A DNA stretch of 64,000 nucleotides from Paraspadella gotoi (lineage: Eukaryota; Animalia; Chaetognatha), in contig CM119270.1 in the NCBI GenBank assembly GCA_051294375.1, positions 3,219,436 to 3,283,435 of the forward strand, given 5' to 3'. A program made the translations under genes and the position numbers. Position 1 is the stretch's first letter. Every line of letters begins with the position of its first letter. The notes below the pieces were generated by a model. It had not been told where the DNA came from. It searched no databases and saw only the letters and a list, made by a program, of their open reading frames with translations. Below, piece by piece: positions 38,166 through 51,291 of the stretch.

Positions 38166-39315
38166 GATTCATGAAAATTTTTTCGATGCTCCGAAATTTT
38201 TTTTTCCCTGGAATTTATTCTTCCCTTCTCACGTCGGGAACCGTGATGCGAAACGTGACAGCGAGATTGGAAACGTAACAGCGGAATAGGGCGGTATAAC
38301 GTTTCAGCGGACGTTAGGGGAATCAGTTGCGACAAGTCTCGCCTCGGCGACGCGACGTCACTCTTTTTTTCATCCTTCGCCATTCACGCTTCTTTTTTTT
38401 TTGTCACGGCGAAAAAAAAAGGAAGAGAAGAGAAGTCACGGCTTTATCGACCACTGTGTCGTAAAACGAATAAATTAACGCTCCGACGTTCTAACGAAAT
38501 CGGTAACTAATAATAAACGGAACGCGTTATGCTATAGTTAATTGATAATAAACGAATAAAGAGCCATTTTATAATATATACCGCGGGGAAAATTCTCACC
38601 TCGTACACTCCCCCCCCCTCGCTCGTATTCCGACGCACTCTGAGCATGGAAAACCGTACTAACGTTCGCACATCGTCTTTGCACGTGGCACGAAATTGAG
38701 AGAGAGAGAGAGAGAGAAGAGAGAGAGAGTAGAGAGAGAAGAAGAAACGAGGAGAGAGAGAGAGAGAGAGAGAAGAGAGAGCAGAAGAGAGAAGAGAGAG
38801 AGAGAGGAGAGAGAGGAGAGAGAGAGAGAGAGAGATGAAGAGAATAGGAATGGAGAAAAAAACATCGTCGGTCGTGTCGAGAAAGCGTTGCCTAGCGACG
38901 GGCGCGTTGCCTAGCGACCCGCGTCTTCCCTAGAACGGCAGCGTCTCGCGGCGACGCGTTGCAAGTAACCGCGTCGTCTAAAAGCGACCCTACGACGCCT
39001 GGCCACCCCCCTTTTTTGTTTATTATGGTTTTGGCGAACAGGAATTCGGATTCACGAAGTCAATCGCAATTGGATCTGAGAAGAATGGCCAACATGGTCA
39101 CCAACGTCGGGGCACGAAACGCTGGGTGAGTTCATCGATGGGTCAGTTCAGTTATGGGCCAGGGTTTCGGGTATTCAGTTTTTTGTCCGAGTGTAGTTTA
39201 TATGACAGCGTGAGTATGTCAGATTACGACTGTGAGAGTTTGAGTATGTAAAAGTATTTTTGTTTCGAAAGGTCGCCAGGTTTACTGGGAAGAGCGGTGT
39301 GTGAGAAGAGTAGAG

Positions 39316-39351
<36 letters not shown>

Positions 39352-40179
39352 AGAGAGAGAGAGGAGATGAGAAGAGAGAGAGAGATCCTTAAATATTAAA
39401 ATGTATCCCACGAAAAAAAAAGCCAAAACAAAATACAGAAAACCATTCGTATTCTCTTTCAAAAATCACTTTCAAGAAATCTTCAAATATGTAAACATTT
39501 ATATTCGTTTCGCGAGAAATTTCAATTTGTTATTCCTTTTCCATGTTTTGTTTATCTTGTCAAAAATCGTTTCTCAACTTTTTTTTTGTCTGTCATTTTT
39601 TAAATTTATTTATTTTTTTGGGCCATTTTCTCAATTTTTGAAGTTTTTCGTTTTGAAAAACGACTCGATTATTTACATTAAGTTACATTATTGACACAAC
39701 CAATTTGACTAATAACCATTGCGTTAAATTTGAACGATCCCATGTTTTTCTTATGTTAACCTACTGTATTTATTTTTGTTAACTTATGATTATAAAAAAA
39801 ATTATTTGTTTTACTATTCAATATTTATAGATTTATAACATACTACTTTCTACTACTTAGCCATCTTCTCTATTTTGCCTTCTCGTTTTAGTTCCTTGTT
39901 AACCATCTTCCTTCCTACGACTCTTATTAAAAAAAAAGATTTACCTACTTCCACCTGCCTTCAACTCCGTTAGTTTTTACCATCTTCCCTCCTTCAGACT
40001 ACTTATTTTTACATCTTCTTCATTTCAGTTCCATTATTTTTTTCCAATCTTTTCCGCAACTTGACTGACGCGAAAAAAAAAAACCTTTTTCAACAAAGCT
40101 TTTGGTTTTTACTGAGAAAAAAATTAAGAAAATCCTCAATACGAAAACGGAAATTCGGGATACCACTAAAAAGAGAAAG

Positions 40180-40262
<83 letters not shown>

Positions 40263-43200
40263 CTCATGCGCTCTCGTGTTTCATCACTCAGACCCACAAA
40301 GCTCCCGTCAGAAAATAAACGCTGGCGAGGGAAAAAGTAATATTTTTTTTTTGCTTTTTCGTTTTTCGTGCCTTTTTAAAGGTATAAAAAAGCATTTTAG
40401 GTATGAAACGACCGTTGAAAAAAAAACAACTTTTTTTAAATTATAAAAGCAAAACGAGAAAAACTAACGCGAAAACACATAATAAAAAAGGCAATAAAAT
40501 TTAATATTTAATTAACGAAGTCGCTGACCGGAACTTCGCGCCTCCGCACATCGATTACACGAGGATCTGATTGGCTGAATTTTCATCCAATCAAACTATC
40601 CCGAGTTTTACCCGGTCTTTTTTTTTCATTCGTCATTTCATTCTATCTCCTGTCCTTTTCACTATCTTTCTTTCTTCATTAAAAAAAAAAAAAACTCTTC
40701 AAAGCCCACAGCAACTCACCGCCACACTCACTCACAACCACCACATAAAAAAAAGGAAGGAAAAAAAAAGGTTTCCTCTTCTACGAAATTCTTCTGCCCT
40801 TTCGCGTATTGAAGAGATATAATATAAATCCTACGACCAATATCGCGCTTCCGACCCCCCACTCTCCCACCCCCACACCTCTCCTCCCCCACAAATTTCC
40901 CAAAAATTCTTAAACCCAACCTACCCCCTCAAACAACACTCGTGCAGATAACAAGAATGACCGACTTGCGCCAAGTGAAATAATCCATTAGCGCCATTAA
41001 TTCTTACCTACGATTTCCGTCCTATGATTTTTTCTTTTTTTCTTTTTAACGCGACATGAATGAAAGAGTAACGGAGGTAAGAGGAAAGAGCCCCCGGAAT
41101 AAGAATTAAGCGCAGCAACTAGGGGACACGGACTTCAGGAGGTAAGGGGAGGCCCGTGGGAGGCCTCGGGCTGTGAAGGAGCTCTGATGGAGACGCACCG
41201 CCACGTGTCGGTTGCGCGTGGCCCCGATTAACGGGGTGGTCATATGACAATTCCCGGATGCGGTGTATGGCAGGGTAGGTGAAAATGTGCTAACTACGCA
41301 GCTTTGCCTCTGACTATATCAAGATGTGCAGTTAGTGATATACATCCACCACCCTCTGTCTAGCGACACGAAACATCTTGTATATCTTATTTTTACTTTT
41401 TTTTATTTAATTCTATGTCTATGTCATCTCTTCTATCTTATATATGATGCCAAAAATAGTAGTGCCAGTGCTCTAGAATGTATTAGTAAAAGTCAGGCAG
41501 GAATAGAACACGTGGACGATACAAAGAAAGAAAAACAAAAGACCGGGTACTAGTACAAAACTCATGCCAGAGATTTCAGTCTGCACTCAGGACACAAAAT
41601 GTGAAGGCTAATCAGTCAGAATAGAGATCAATAGCGTCTGTTGTTATCCAGATTGTGCAGGAGGCGGTTCCGATCGATCCGGATGTAACAGCAACTTCAA
41701 GAAAACTTTTATAGACTGTGAGTCTTCAAAGGCTTAAGTTGCTATGCCTTATGTAAGAGTGTACATGTAGATGTATTTCCTCTCTACAACGTTAAAGCCA
41801 GTCATATGTTACATCTCTATGTTAAGCATTCTTTTGTACTTATCATATAAAAATGTGGTTTTAGTGGTATAACGAGTAATAACAGTCTCGAAATGCACTT
41901 CATGATACAATTGCGCGAATAAATAAACATATCTCAAAATAGATTCTTTTTTAAATACAACTCTTATAAATATATTTAGTCCTCTCTTGCGTGAGAATAT
42001 ACAGACGCGCAGCATGAAAGCGAAAGGCCTCAAAAAAAAAAATTTACGAGTGGATTTTACGTCACCTCGCATGCGAGCTGCAGCCGCGATCTTTCAGATT
42101 CGGAGACGGGAGCGCACCAACTCGAGCGCCGAGGATCTGATAGAACGGCGCATGATCGTCGAGGAGATGCTGCCGAGACGGACGATCAAGACCACCAGAT
42201 GACCAGCATCAAATGACACGTTTTTTCAATAAAATCGAAGAAAGTGGAGACCGATGGAAAGAGAATGTAAGCTATAAAGGTGCAATAAAGCAAATGAAAT
42301 AGTGACTAATATTTATTTACAACCATATAGAATTGTGATTGACGACCCGTACGCTAGATTGACGCAAAGAGACATGCAATCCGGATAGTAGAAGAGTCCA
42401 CAACGAAGCAGACCTAGATTGATAAAGAGAAGGATAGAAATGAAAGGAAATGAAGTTAGAGGTTCGGATGGAGGTAATGATGGACTCTAATACTCATAAT
42501 TATCAGTTGAGTATCCAGGAATTTTCCAAAATCTTTGGCCTCGTCAAGCTTAAAGGCTTGCAGACGCTAAAATAAAATTCAGATTTGAAAATTAGATTTT
42601 GTTTGGGGCATTTAGCTATGCTGCTTCTTGACGATTGCCAGAAGAAACTTTTCAAAGTTTTTACTTCTACTTTTATACATGTATAATTATGCGTATTTTT
42701 ACCTTAACCTAAACTTTCTATTTATCTTTTCCACTGTTGAATACACACACAATCCTTTGGTTGATACAAATGTTTCTTTTTTACCCTCTTATCTGACATC
42801 TGTATTTTTTCATCCAGTTTCAAAGTGCCCCGGAACAAAAGCCTTCGAGGCGAAATAACTAAAATATATGGTAATTCCAAATGAAGAACTGCTGTGATAT
42901 ATAGGTAGAAAAAAATAGATAAAATAAATCCGGAGGGTTTTGAAGGAGGGACGATTGGTAAAAATTAGAACCGCTCAACTGAAAAAGCATTTTCCTGAAG
43001 AGGGAAGATGGTAAAAATAACCGGCCAGTTAATCCAATCAGGACAGAGAAGAAGATATAGTTACGTACGAGAGTCTTGGCACACATTAATCACGAGTGAG
43101 AGAAAGCAAAACATGAGGATATGCTATGCTCATACTTTTACCAAAAAAACCAAAAAAATTCTCTTATTAGTGGAAGCTAGAATTATAGCATACTTTGTCT

Positions 43201-44649
43201 AAAATCTTATAGGTATATAATATGTACTCCTCTCCNNNNNNNNNNNNNNNNNNNNNNNNNAAAAAAAAGACATAAAATGAAAGAAAAAAGAATAAAAGAA
43301 GTGAAGAAAAAAAAAGAAAGAAAGAGAAATTAAGACGGAAAAACGAAAGAGAGAGAAAATAAAAATATAAAAGAAAAAAGAGAAAAAAAAAAGAAAGAAG
43401 AAAAGAAACGCATTTAGGGAGAAAACCAGAAATAGAAAAAAGATCGAAATAAAGAAAGACATAAAAAAAAGAACAAAGGGGAAAAAAGAACAACAAAGAA
43501 CAATATATGAGTCGCTTAACTTTTACAATAACGTGTAAATGACTTTGCCGCGAACGAAAAACCTTCTCACGAAAATTCCTCATCCTACTAAAAAAAATCA
43601 CAAAACGAAAACGAACGTCACTAAATTTTATTTTCAAGATAGTCAGTCAGTCAGTCTCTTAGAATTCAGCTTCAAAAATTTCCCCCTCGAGGTGGCGCGC
43701 GGAAGCAGAAAAGAGGAAAGAGAGAGGAAAAAAAAGTTTTCTTTTCTCGATCGGTTTATTTTTCCGGATGATCGGCTTAAACTTTCCATATATTCAAAGG
43801 TAAATGGTTCCTTTTTTTTTAACATGCCATTGAGTCGTGACTTTTTCTTTGCGTTAACAGTAAGTCTTTACTTTTGCCTTGCCATTGAGCACTTACCCTC
43901 GCTTTGCCTCCTAATTTTACGGAAATAGTGGTAGCTCTTTCTCTGTGTTACCATGAAGTCTTTAAACGAAGTATCGTCTTTGGACTTCAGTCTCAAGTCT
44001 TACTTTGGAAAGTCGTTTACCTACTAGGCTACTACTCTTTCTTCCCCATGCCATTGCGTTTTGTATCTCACTTTGTTTTGCGATTGAGTTGCTCCTAATA
44101 CTTTTCTTTTTTCTTTAGTTTCGGCCATGCCAGGGTTGTTTATCCACGCTTTTCACCAACGCCTTCCATCGGTGACCTGAGAATCCACGGATTCCATGAT
44201 CTCTCTCCTTCGATGCCATTCCATGTCGTTTCATGTCATTCCATACAATTCCATGCGATTTATTTCTCTCTCACTTGAGTGGCCATAGAGCCGTTACTCT
44301 CCGATCGATTTTGTTGAAAGCCCGATTATAAATAGATTCAGTGATTGATTGATTGATTGGTTCTTTATTCTAACGAGGAACGTCCATTTCCAGATTATCA
44401 TCCGTCTCCCTGACAATTCCACGAATGACATCGATCACTAACGGTTCACTTTAGGGTTTTCATTCTACATTATTTTTCATCGAATATCTTTTTTTCTTTT
44501 TTTTTTCTTTTCTTTTGTCGACCTTGACTTGAGTTCTTCTCTTTATTTCGACCCTTTTTCCCATTTTTATCTTCTTTTGCTTCTTCGTATTTTTTCTTTT
44601 TTTTTCCCTACGTTCCATTTGTCTGTCTATTATCTCTCTCTCCTCTCTC

Positions 44650-44722
<73 letters not shown>

Positions 44723-45109
44723 TATCGATTCTCTCCCGTCAACATTTCTTACACTTTTGAGTCTTTCATTTTTTTTCCCTCGGAATCCATTTCGGCATTC
44801 GCCCTTCTTTTATATTTTTACTCTTTTTCTTTATTTCCCTTTGATTTTCTTTTTCTTTTTTCTTTCTTTCTTCTTTTTTTCTTTCTTTCTTTTTCTTTCT
44901 TTTTCTTTTCTTCTTTTTTCTTCTTCTTCTTTCTTTCTGTTCTTTTCTTTCTTTTTTCTTTCTTTATTTCTTTTTTACTCCATATCTCCTCTTAGCCTTT
45001 CCCGCTCAAACTTCCTTATTATTTCCCTGGTTGCCCTCCTTTATTCTTTCTTTTCTTCTTTTCTTTCTTCTTTCTTTCTTTCTTTCTTCTTTCTTTCTTT
45101 CTTTCTTCT

Positions 45110-45152
<43 letters not shown>

Positions 45153-45249
45153 ATTTTCCCCAGTTGCCCTTTTTGCCAGCTTCATCTCTTTTTCCTTCTT
45201 TTAACCTTCCCGTCTAACCCCTCCAAGAGCATCTCTCTCTCTCTCTCTA

Positions 45250-45313
<64 letters not shown>

Positions 45314-45409
45314 TCTCTTCCCTTCTTTCCATCCGTGTTATTTTTACTCCTTCCTCTCCGCGCTCTGGCTTCGGTTCATAAACAGTAAAAACAACCGCCG
45401 CAGTGGACC

Positions 45410-45440
<31 letters not shown>

Positions 45441-46129
45441 ACGACGACGACGACGACGAAGAACGACGACGAACGACGACGACGACGATGGCACGATATA
45501 TAACGACTCCTCTCGTTGATGTCGGGAATGAAATCTACTCTGCCGGAAGGAGAGAAAACGACGACGATGAACACCGACGAACGACGATGACGACGAACGA
45601 CACGACGACGAAGATGACACAAAAAAGAGAAGACAGCGACGATGACGAGCGACGAGAGAAAGAAAATCCGCCCAACCGCCGTGACGATGACGATCTGCCA
45701 AGATCCGCCTGATGCTCCGCTTTCTCTCTGCGCTCTTTTCGCCACATTGCCAATTCGTGGGGAAGCGGGGGTAGGAATTCTTTTAACTCAAACGCTGGTG
45801 GTTTTTGGGGGGTGGAGAGAGGCTAAGGGAGGGGGGGCGCGGTGGGGAGAGAAACGGAAGAAATTGGAAGGAAACAAAGAAAAAGTAGAAGAGAATAAAA
45901 GAATGGATTCGTTATGCAAAAAAAAAAAAAAAAAAAAAAAAAAAACACACAAAAAAGACTGCTTTGCATTGAGTTAAATCGTGTGCATACGTAGAAGCAA
46001 AACGATTTTTCAAAACAGCATTTCATGGTGCGAAACAGTACTAGTTTTTAATGACAGCACAACGGAACAAATAAAAGAAAAGACGACGACGACGACGACG
46101 ACGAAAAACGCAACCTATTCGTCCATGAA

Positions 46130-46161
<32 letters not shown>

Positions 46162-46214
46162 GGCCAAGGAGAGAGGCGTACACGAAACGGAATCCACCCA
46201 AGAAAATCAGAAAC

Positions 46215-46650
46215 CAAAAGCGAGAAAAAAATAAAAGGGAGGAAAAAGAAAAGGGAAGAAAAAGAAAAGTGAGGAAAAAGAAAAAGAAGGAAAAAGAAAA
46301 AGGAGGAAAAAGAAAAGTTAGGAAAAAGAAAAGGGAGGAAAAAAGAAAAGGGAGGAAAAAGGGAGGAAAAAGAAAAGTGAGGAAAAAGAAAAGGGAGGAA
46401 AAAGAAAAGTGAGGAAAAAGAAAAGTGAGGAAAACGAAAAGGGAGGAAAAAGAAAAGTGAGGAAAAAGAAAAAGAAGGAAAAAGAAAAGGGAGGAAAACG
46501 AAAAGGGAGGAAAAAGAAAATAGAGGAAAAAGAAAAGGGAGGAAAAAGAAAAGTGAGGAAAAAGAAAAAGGAGGAAAACGAAAAGGGATGAAAAAGAAAA
46601 GGGAGGAAAAAAAAGGAGGAAAAAGAAAAGGGAGGAAAAGGAAAAGCTTA
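46215..46650. repeat. Purine-only minisatellite (GAAAAGGGAGGAAAAA / GAAAAGTGAGGAAAAA units)
   Basis: Directly visible; source of the K/E/R-rich spurious ORFs. Confidence 0.85.
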
Positions 46651-46958
46651 GGAAAGGAGAAAAGGAAGGTGGATTCTGATCGCTTGTTTGGCTTTGTCTA
46701 TGTCTGTGTGTATGTCTGTCGGTCCTTCTGCCTGTATGTTTGTCGGTCTCTGTCTCTGTCAGGCTCTCTCTCTGTATTTTTGTCGGTCTCTGTCTCTCTC
46801 TCTCTCTCTGTCTGTCTCTCTCTCTGTCTCTCCATCGTTTGTCTTTCTCTTTGTCCTTTCTTCATCTTTTAGTTTGTCTGTCTGTCTGTCAATCTGTGTC
46901 TCTCTCTCTCTCATCCACACCCCTCCCACCACTTTCCACCCCCCCCCTTAAACAACAG

Positions 46959-47202
46959 GCGGACTGTCAAAGGGGGGCAACGGCGGCGGCGTCTACGGCC
47001 CCGACGACGGAGTTGGCGGCCACGCCCGGGCCACGCCCCTTCCGCCTTCGGCCCACCTGGCCGGGGGCGGCCCCCCTTTACCGTCCCTCTCGCCCATGGA
47101 CGTGGGGGCCAACGGAACGCTACTCAAATACCAGACTCTCCCGGCGAACTCCCTCAACTCGACGCCAGCGACCTCGACCTACGGGATGAAGACGCACTAC
47201 GG
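46959..47202 (+). CDS. Internal coding exon GGLSKGGNGGGVYGPDDGVGG...GTLLKYQTLPANSLNSTPATSTYGMKTHYG, product unknown
   Basis: Pyrimidine tract plus AACAG|GC acceptor and TACGG|GTAAGG donor. 244 nt, phase 1 in and phase 2 out, fully open, with GC-rich third positions. Confidence 0.65.
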
Positions 47203-48002
47203 GTAAGGAGAGGGTGAGTAGGGCGGGTGAGTGATTAAGGGTGGGTGGGTAAGGATGGGTGATGGAGAAAAAGGTGATGAATAAAGCGGGTGATTAAGGA
47301 TGGGTGGGTTAAAGGCGGGTGACTGACTGACTGAGTTCAAATGGGTGATTTTAACGGGGAAAATTGAAAGAGAGTCAGTTAATTTTGTATGTATTATCTG
47401 AAATGACGCGCATTAACTTTTTTGTATTTTAGTGGAAGAGGCAGATAGACAGACCGATAGATTGACAGACCGACCGACCGGCAATGCGTTATGGAGCTTC
47501 TGAGAGTTTGATGAATCGTGCTTCACCATGGCATCAGCTCAACAGCTCCAGCTTTGGGTGCGCCATGAGCTTACTTAAAATTTTGCTGACGAAGTAAAGA
47601 GAAAAGTAAAGATTTAGGGAAAGTTGATTTCCTGTCTTTGGCGCTCGAGGCAGCTTGGATTTGGCAACTTGAACATCGAGTAGTCAATCTTAAAATTAAT
47701 ATAGTAAATTCTAAATATACTTTGTACAGGCGTTAGCGGGTCAAGGCATAATCTCATAATCACATAATCTTTTATATTGGGTGTACCAATTTCATAGCAA
47801 TGTACCCTGCATGCTTTCAATCAAGACTCTCTCGCAGTCTTGTCCATTTACTGCCAGACCGCTTGGCTTCCTGATCAAATGAAGTGAAATGGTAATTTTT
47901 TAATTGCTTTAATTGGATAAAAGAAGCTGGGTAAATAATAAATATTAACAGTGTTTGCATCAAAATATTTTTTTGGCGTTGATAATTTGAGAAAATCTTA
48001 CG

Positions 48003-48210
48003 TTTAAAAAGAGTTGGATATCTCTTTATTTCTTTACTTACTTTTTAAAAAGAGTTGGATATCTCTTTATTTCTTTACTTACTTTTTAAAAAGAGTTGGA
48101 TATCTCTTTATTTCTTTACTTACTTTTTAAAAAGAGTTGGATATCTCTTTATTTCTTTACTTACTTTTTAAAAAGAGTTGGATATCTCTTTATTTCTTTA
48201 CTTACTTTTT
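48003..48210 (+). repeat. Perfect 41-bp tandem repeat x5 (TTTTAAAAAGAGTTGGATATCTCTTTATTTCTTTACTTACT)
   Basis: GAGTTGG recurs at 48011, 48052, 48093, 48134 and 48175. Confidence 0.95.
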
Positions 48211-48646
48211 TCCAAGAAAATAATCTTTTTTCTGATTTTCATTCAAGTTGTAAAAAAAAAGAAAAACAAAAAAGAAAATCTAGTTCCAGCTCGAAATTAA
48301 TTTCCCGTTAAATTGGAAAATCTTTCGACTTCAGTTTCTCTCATTAACCTGAGAAATTCTCTTTCTCGACTTTCAAAGTTCACCCAAGCTTTTGCGATTC
48401 GCGAGACAAGAGAGAGAGAGAGGAGAGAAGAGAGAATCGATGGAGAGGAGGCGAACGCGAGAGATAGAGAGAGAGAGAGAGAAGAGAGCGTTGTTTATAC
48501 CTGGAAAAAAGGGAACAAGCGCTAAATTAAAAACCAGCGAGAGAGGAGAGAAAGAGAGAGAGAGAGATGGAGAGAGAGAGAGAGAGTGTAGCAGATAGCA
48601 GTGGTGGAAGGTAAGTAAAGAAAACAAGAAGGAAGGAAAGAAAGAC

Positions 48647-48677
<31 letters not shown>

Positions 48678-49180
48678 AATAACGAAAGAAAGAAAGAAAG
48701 AAAGTAAAAAAGAAAGAAAGAAAGAAAGATAGACATAAAGAAACAAAGAAACAAGAAAAAAAAAAGGAGAAAAGAAAAAGACAAAATCTCTCGGAACGGA
48801 ACAACAATGAAAACGCCGACATAAAAATTACCCACTAAAACCGCGTTTGTCCAACAACAACAACAACAAAATTCCCGTTTTTGCCTCGAAGGGAACCGAA
48901 CTCTCGCCAGGTTATTGTGCGAGGCGTTTTTACTCGGGACGATGGCCCGGCCTCTTTTCTTTCTTCCTTCGTTGAGATATGGAGTAGATGGCGCGACGGG
49001 ACGGGGTCCCCGCCTACTCTCCCTCCCCTCTCTCTTCCCCTTTCGGCCCTTCCTCTCCCAACCCTGAAAAAGAAATTATGAGAACAGTTATTGAGGAAAT
49101 CGAAGAAGAAGTGAACGCAACCTTCTCATATATTCGGGAGATAAAAGGAGAAAAAACTGGGCGAAATATTATATGAGAAA

Positions 49181-49311
<131 letters not shown>

Positions 49312-50303
49312 TCGAGAGAGACCCCTCCCCTCTTTTCTTTTTTTTTCAGGTAATAAGGAAAGGAAGGAAATAAAGGGAGAAAAGGAGAGGAAGCGAGGAA
49401 ATAGAAGGAATAAAAATAAAACAGGGAACTCCAATTGGATTAAGATGCATCGCGGAAAAATGTTTTGTATTTGATAACGTAATTAAAATAATTATTTTTA
49501 ATTATGATAATATTTTTCAAACATAAAAATGTATAGTTTATTACAGATAAAAATAATCATATAAAATATTGAAAAGACACAAAACATTTCATTATTGTTT
49601 TTTTGTTTTGACCTATATGATAAAAAAAATAATATTTTTTTAAAAATTTCTTCTTGCAAATAAAAAAATAATAATAATGCTTCTTAGAAAATAATACTTA
49701 GAGCTAAAGGTTTAAAAATAAACTAAAGCATTGATAATTTTTTTTCATAAAGCGGCTCAAAATATAAAAAAAGGCTCTACAGAGATGCAACCGAATCAGA
49801 AAAAGACGCATCAAGAAAAAAAAGGCAGTTATCGGCCATAAACACGAAGGAGGGAAAATTGCGGAGAAGATGAAATATGAGAGGATGGCGCTCAGAGGGG
49901 TAATAATCATCTCCCTCTCTCTCTGTCGCTTTCGCTCTCTCTCTCTCTCTCCTCTCTCTCTGTCTCCATCCCGCTCTTCTCCCACAGACTTCCCGCTGCA
50001 TTCTGTTTTCTTTATCTCGTTCATAATAATCATGGAAAAATAACAGAAGGAAGACAAAAACCTGTCGGCGAGATTTCCAGACACACACTTTCTCTATCTC
50101 TCTATCTCTCTCTCTCTCTCTGTCTCTGTCTCTGTCCCGCCTCTCATTCCCTCTCCTTTTTCCGACTCGTTGCACATTTGTCTTTTTCTATTTCAGTTCT
50201 GAGTTTTGATCTCATCTTCGTCTCCAGTCCATATGCTCATCTCTTCCTATGAATGACAGGCTATTCTTACTCTCTCTCTCTCTCTCTCTTTCTTTCTTAT
50301 CTT

Positions 50304-50392
<89 letters not shown>

Positions 50393-50636
50393 GTTTTCAT
50401 CCTGTTTAATTCGAGCCCACCCTACCTCACTCAGCGTCAAGACTGCATTTCTAGAAACCATTTCTCTCTCCCTCTTTCTTTCCCTGTTCCTCTCCCTCTT
50501 TCTCTCGCTCTCCCTCTCCTCTCCAGAAAACCTTCTATAAATTTCTGCCATTAGTTTTTATTTCTAAAAGCTGCGCGATGGAATTTCGCGAATGTTTCAT
50601 ACAAAATGGCGNNNNNNNNNNNNNNNNNNNNNNNNN

Positions 50637-51195
50637 GTAAGTAAAGAAAACAAGAAGGAAGGAAGAGAAAGACAGAGAAAGAAAGAAAGAAAGAAAGAAA
50701 GAAATAACGAAGAAAGAAAGAAAGAAAGTAAAAAAGAAAGAAAGAAAGAAAGATATACATAAAGAAACAAAGAAACAAGAAAAAAAAAGGAGAAAAGAAA
50801 AAGACAAAATCTCTCGGAACGGAACAACAATGAAAACGTCCCGACATAAAAATTAGCCCACTAAAACCGCGTTTGTCCAACAACAACAACAACAAAATTC
50901 CCGTTTTTGGCCTCGAAGGGAACCGAACTCTCGCCAGGTTATTGTGCGAGGCGTTTTACTCGGGACGATGGCCCGGCCTCTTTTCTTTCTTCCTTCGTTG
51001 AGATATGGAGTAGATGGCGCGACGGACGGGTCCCCGCCTACTCTCCCTCCCCTCTCTCTTCCCCTTTCGGCCCTTCCTCTCCCAACCCTGAAAAAGAAAT
51101 TATGAGAACAGTTATGAGGAAATCGAAGAAGAAGTGAACGCACCTTCTCATATATTCGGGAGAAAAAGGAGAAAAAACTGGGCGAAATATTATAT

Positions 51196-51291
<96 letters not shown>

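Larger units (their letters stand above)
31106..40180 (+). other. Tandem duplicate of about 21921-31080 (probable overfilled gap or alternate haplotype)
   Basis: Starts immediately after the 25-N gap 31081-31105 with CACGACTCTCACTCTACAC (same as 21921). Collinear to about 40180 with many 1-bp indels. Confidence 0.9.

Noticed and set aside
41120-41310. GC-rich structured-looking patch (possible HDV-like or hammerhead ribozyme; shares CAGGGTAGGT with the twister-like repeat's reverse strand)
   Set aside because: Could not build P1-P4 or a hammerhead core; it lies in noisy fill and the match is only about 10 nt.
44529-46872. 324-aa hydrophobic ORF, the 45488-45712 acidic ORF and K/E/R-rich ORFs
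   Set aside because: Microsatellite and purine-repeat translations without domain content or clear splice boundaries.
48003-48210. CRISPR-like appearance of regular repeats (also 61853-62160)
   Set aside because: Head-to-tail repeats with no unique spacers, in eukaryotic DNA with no cas genes.
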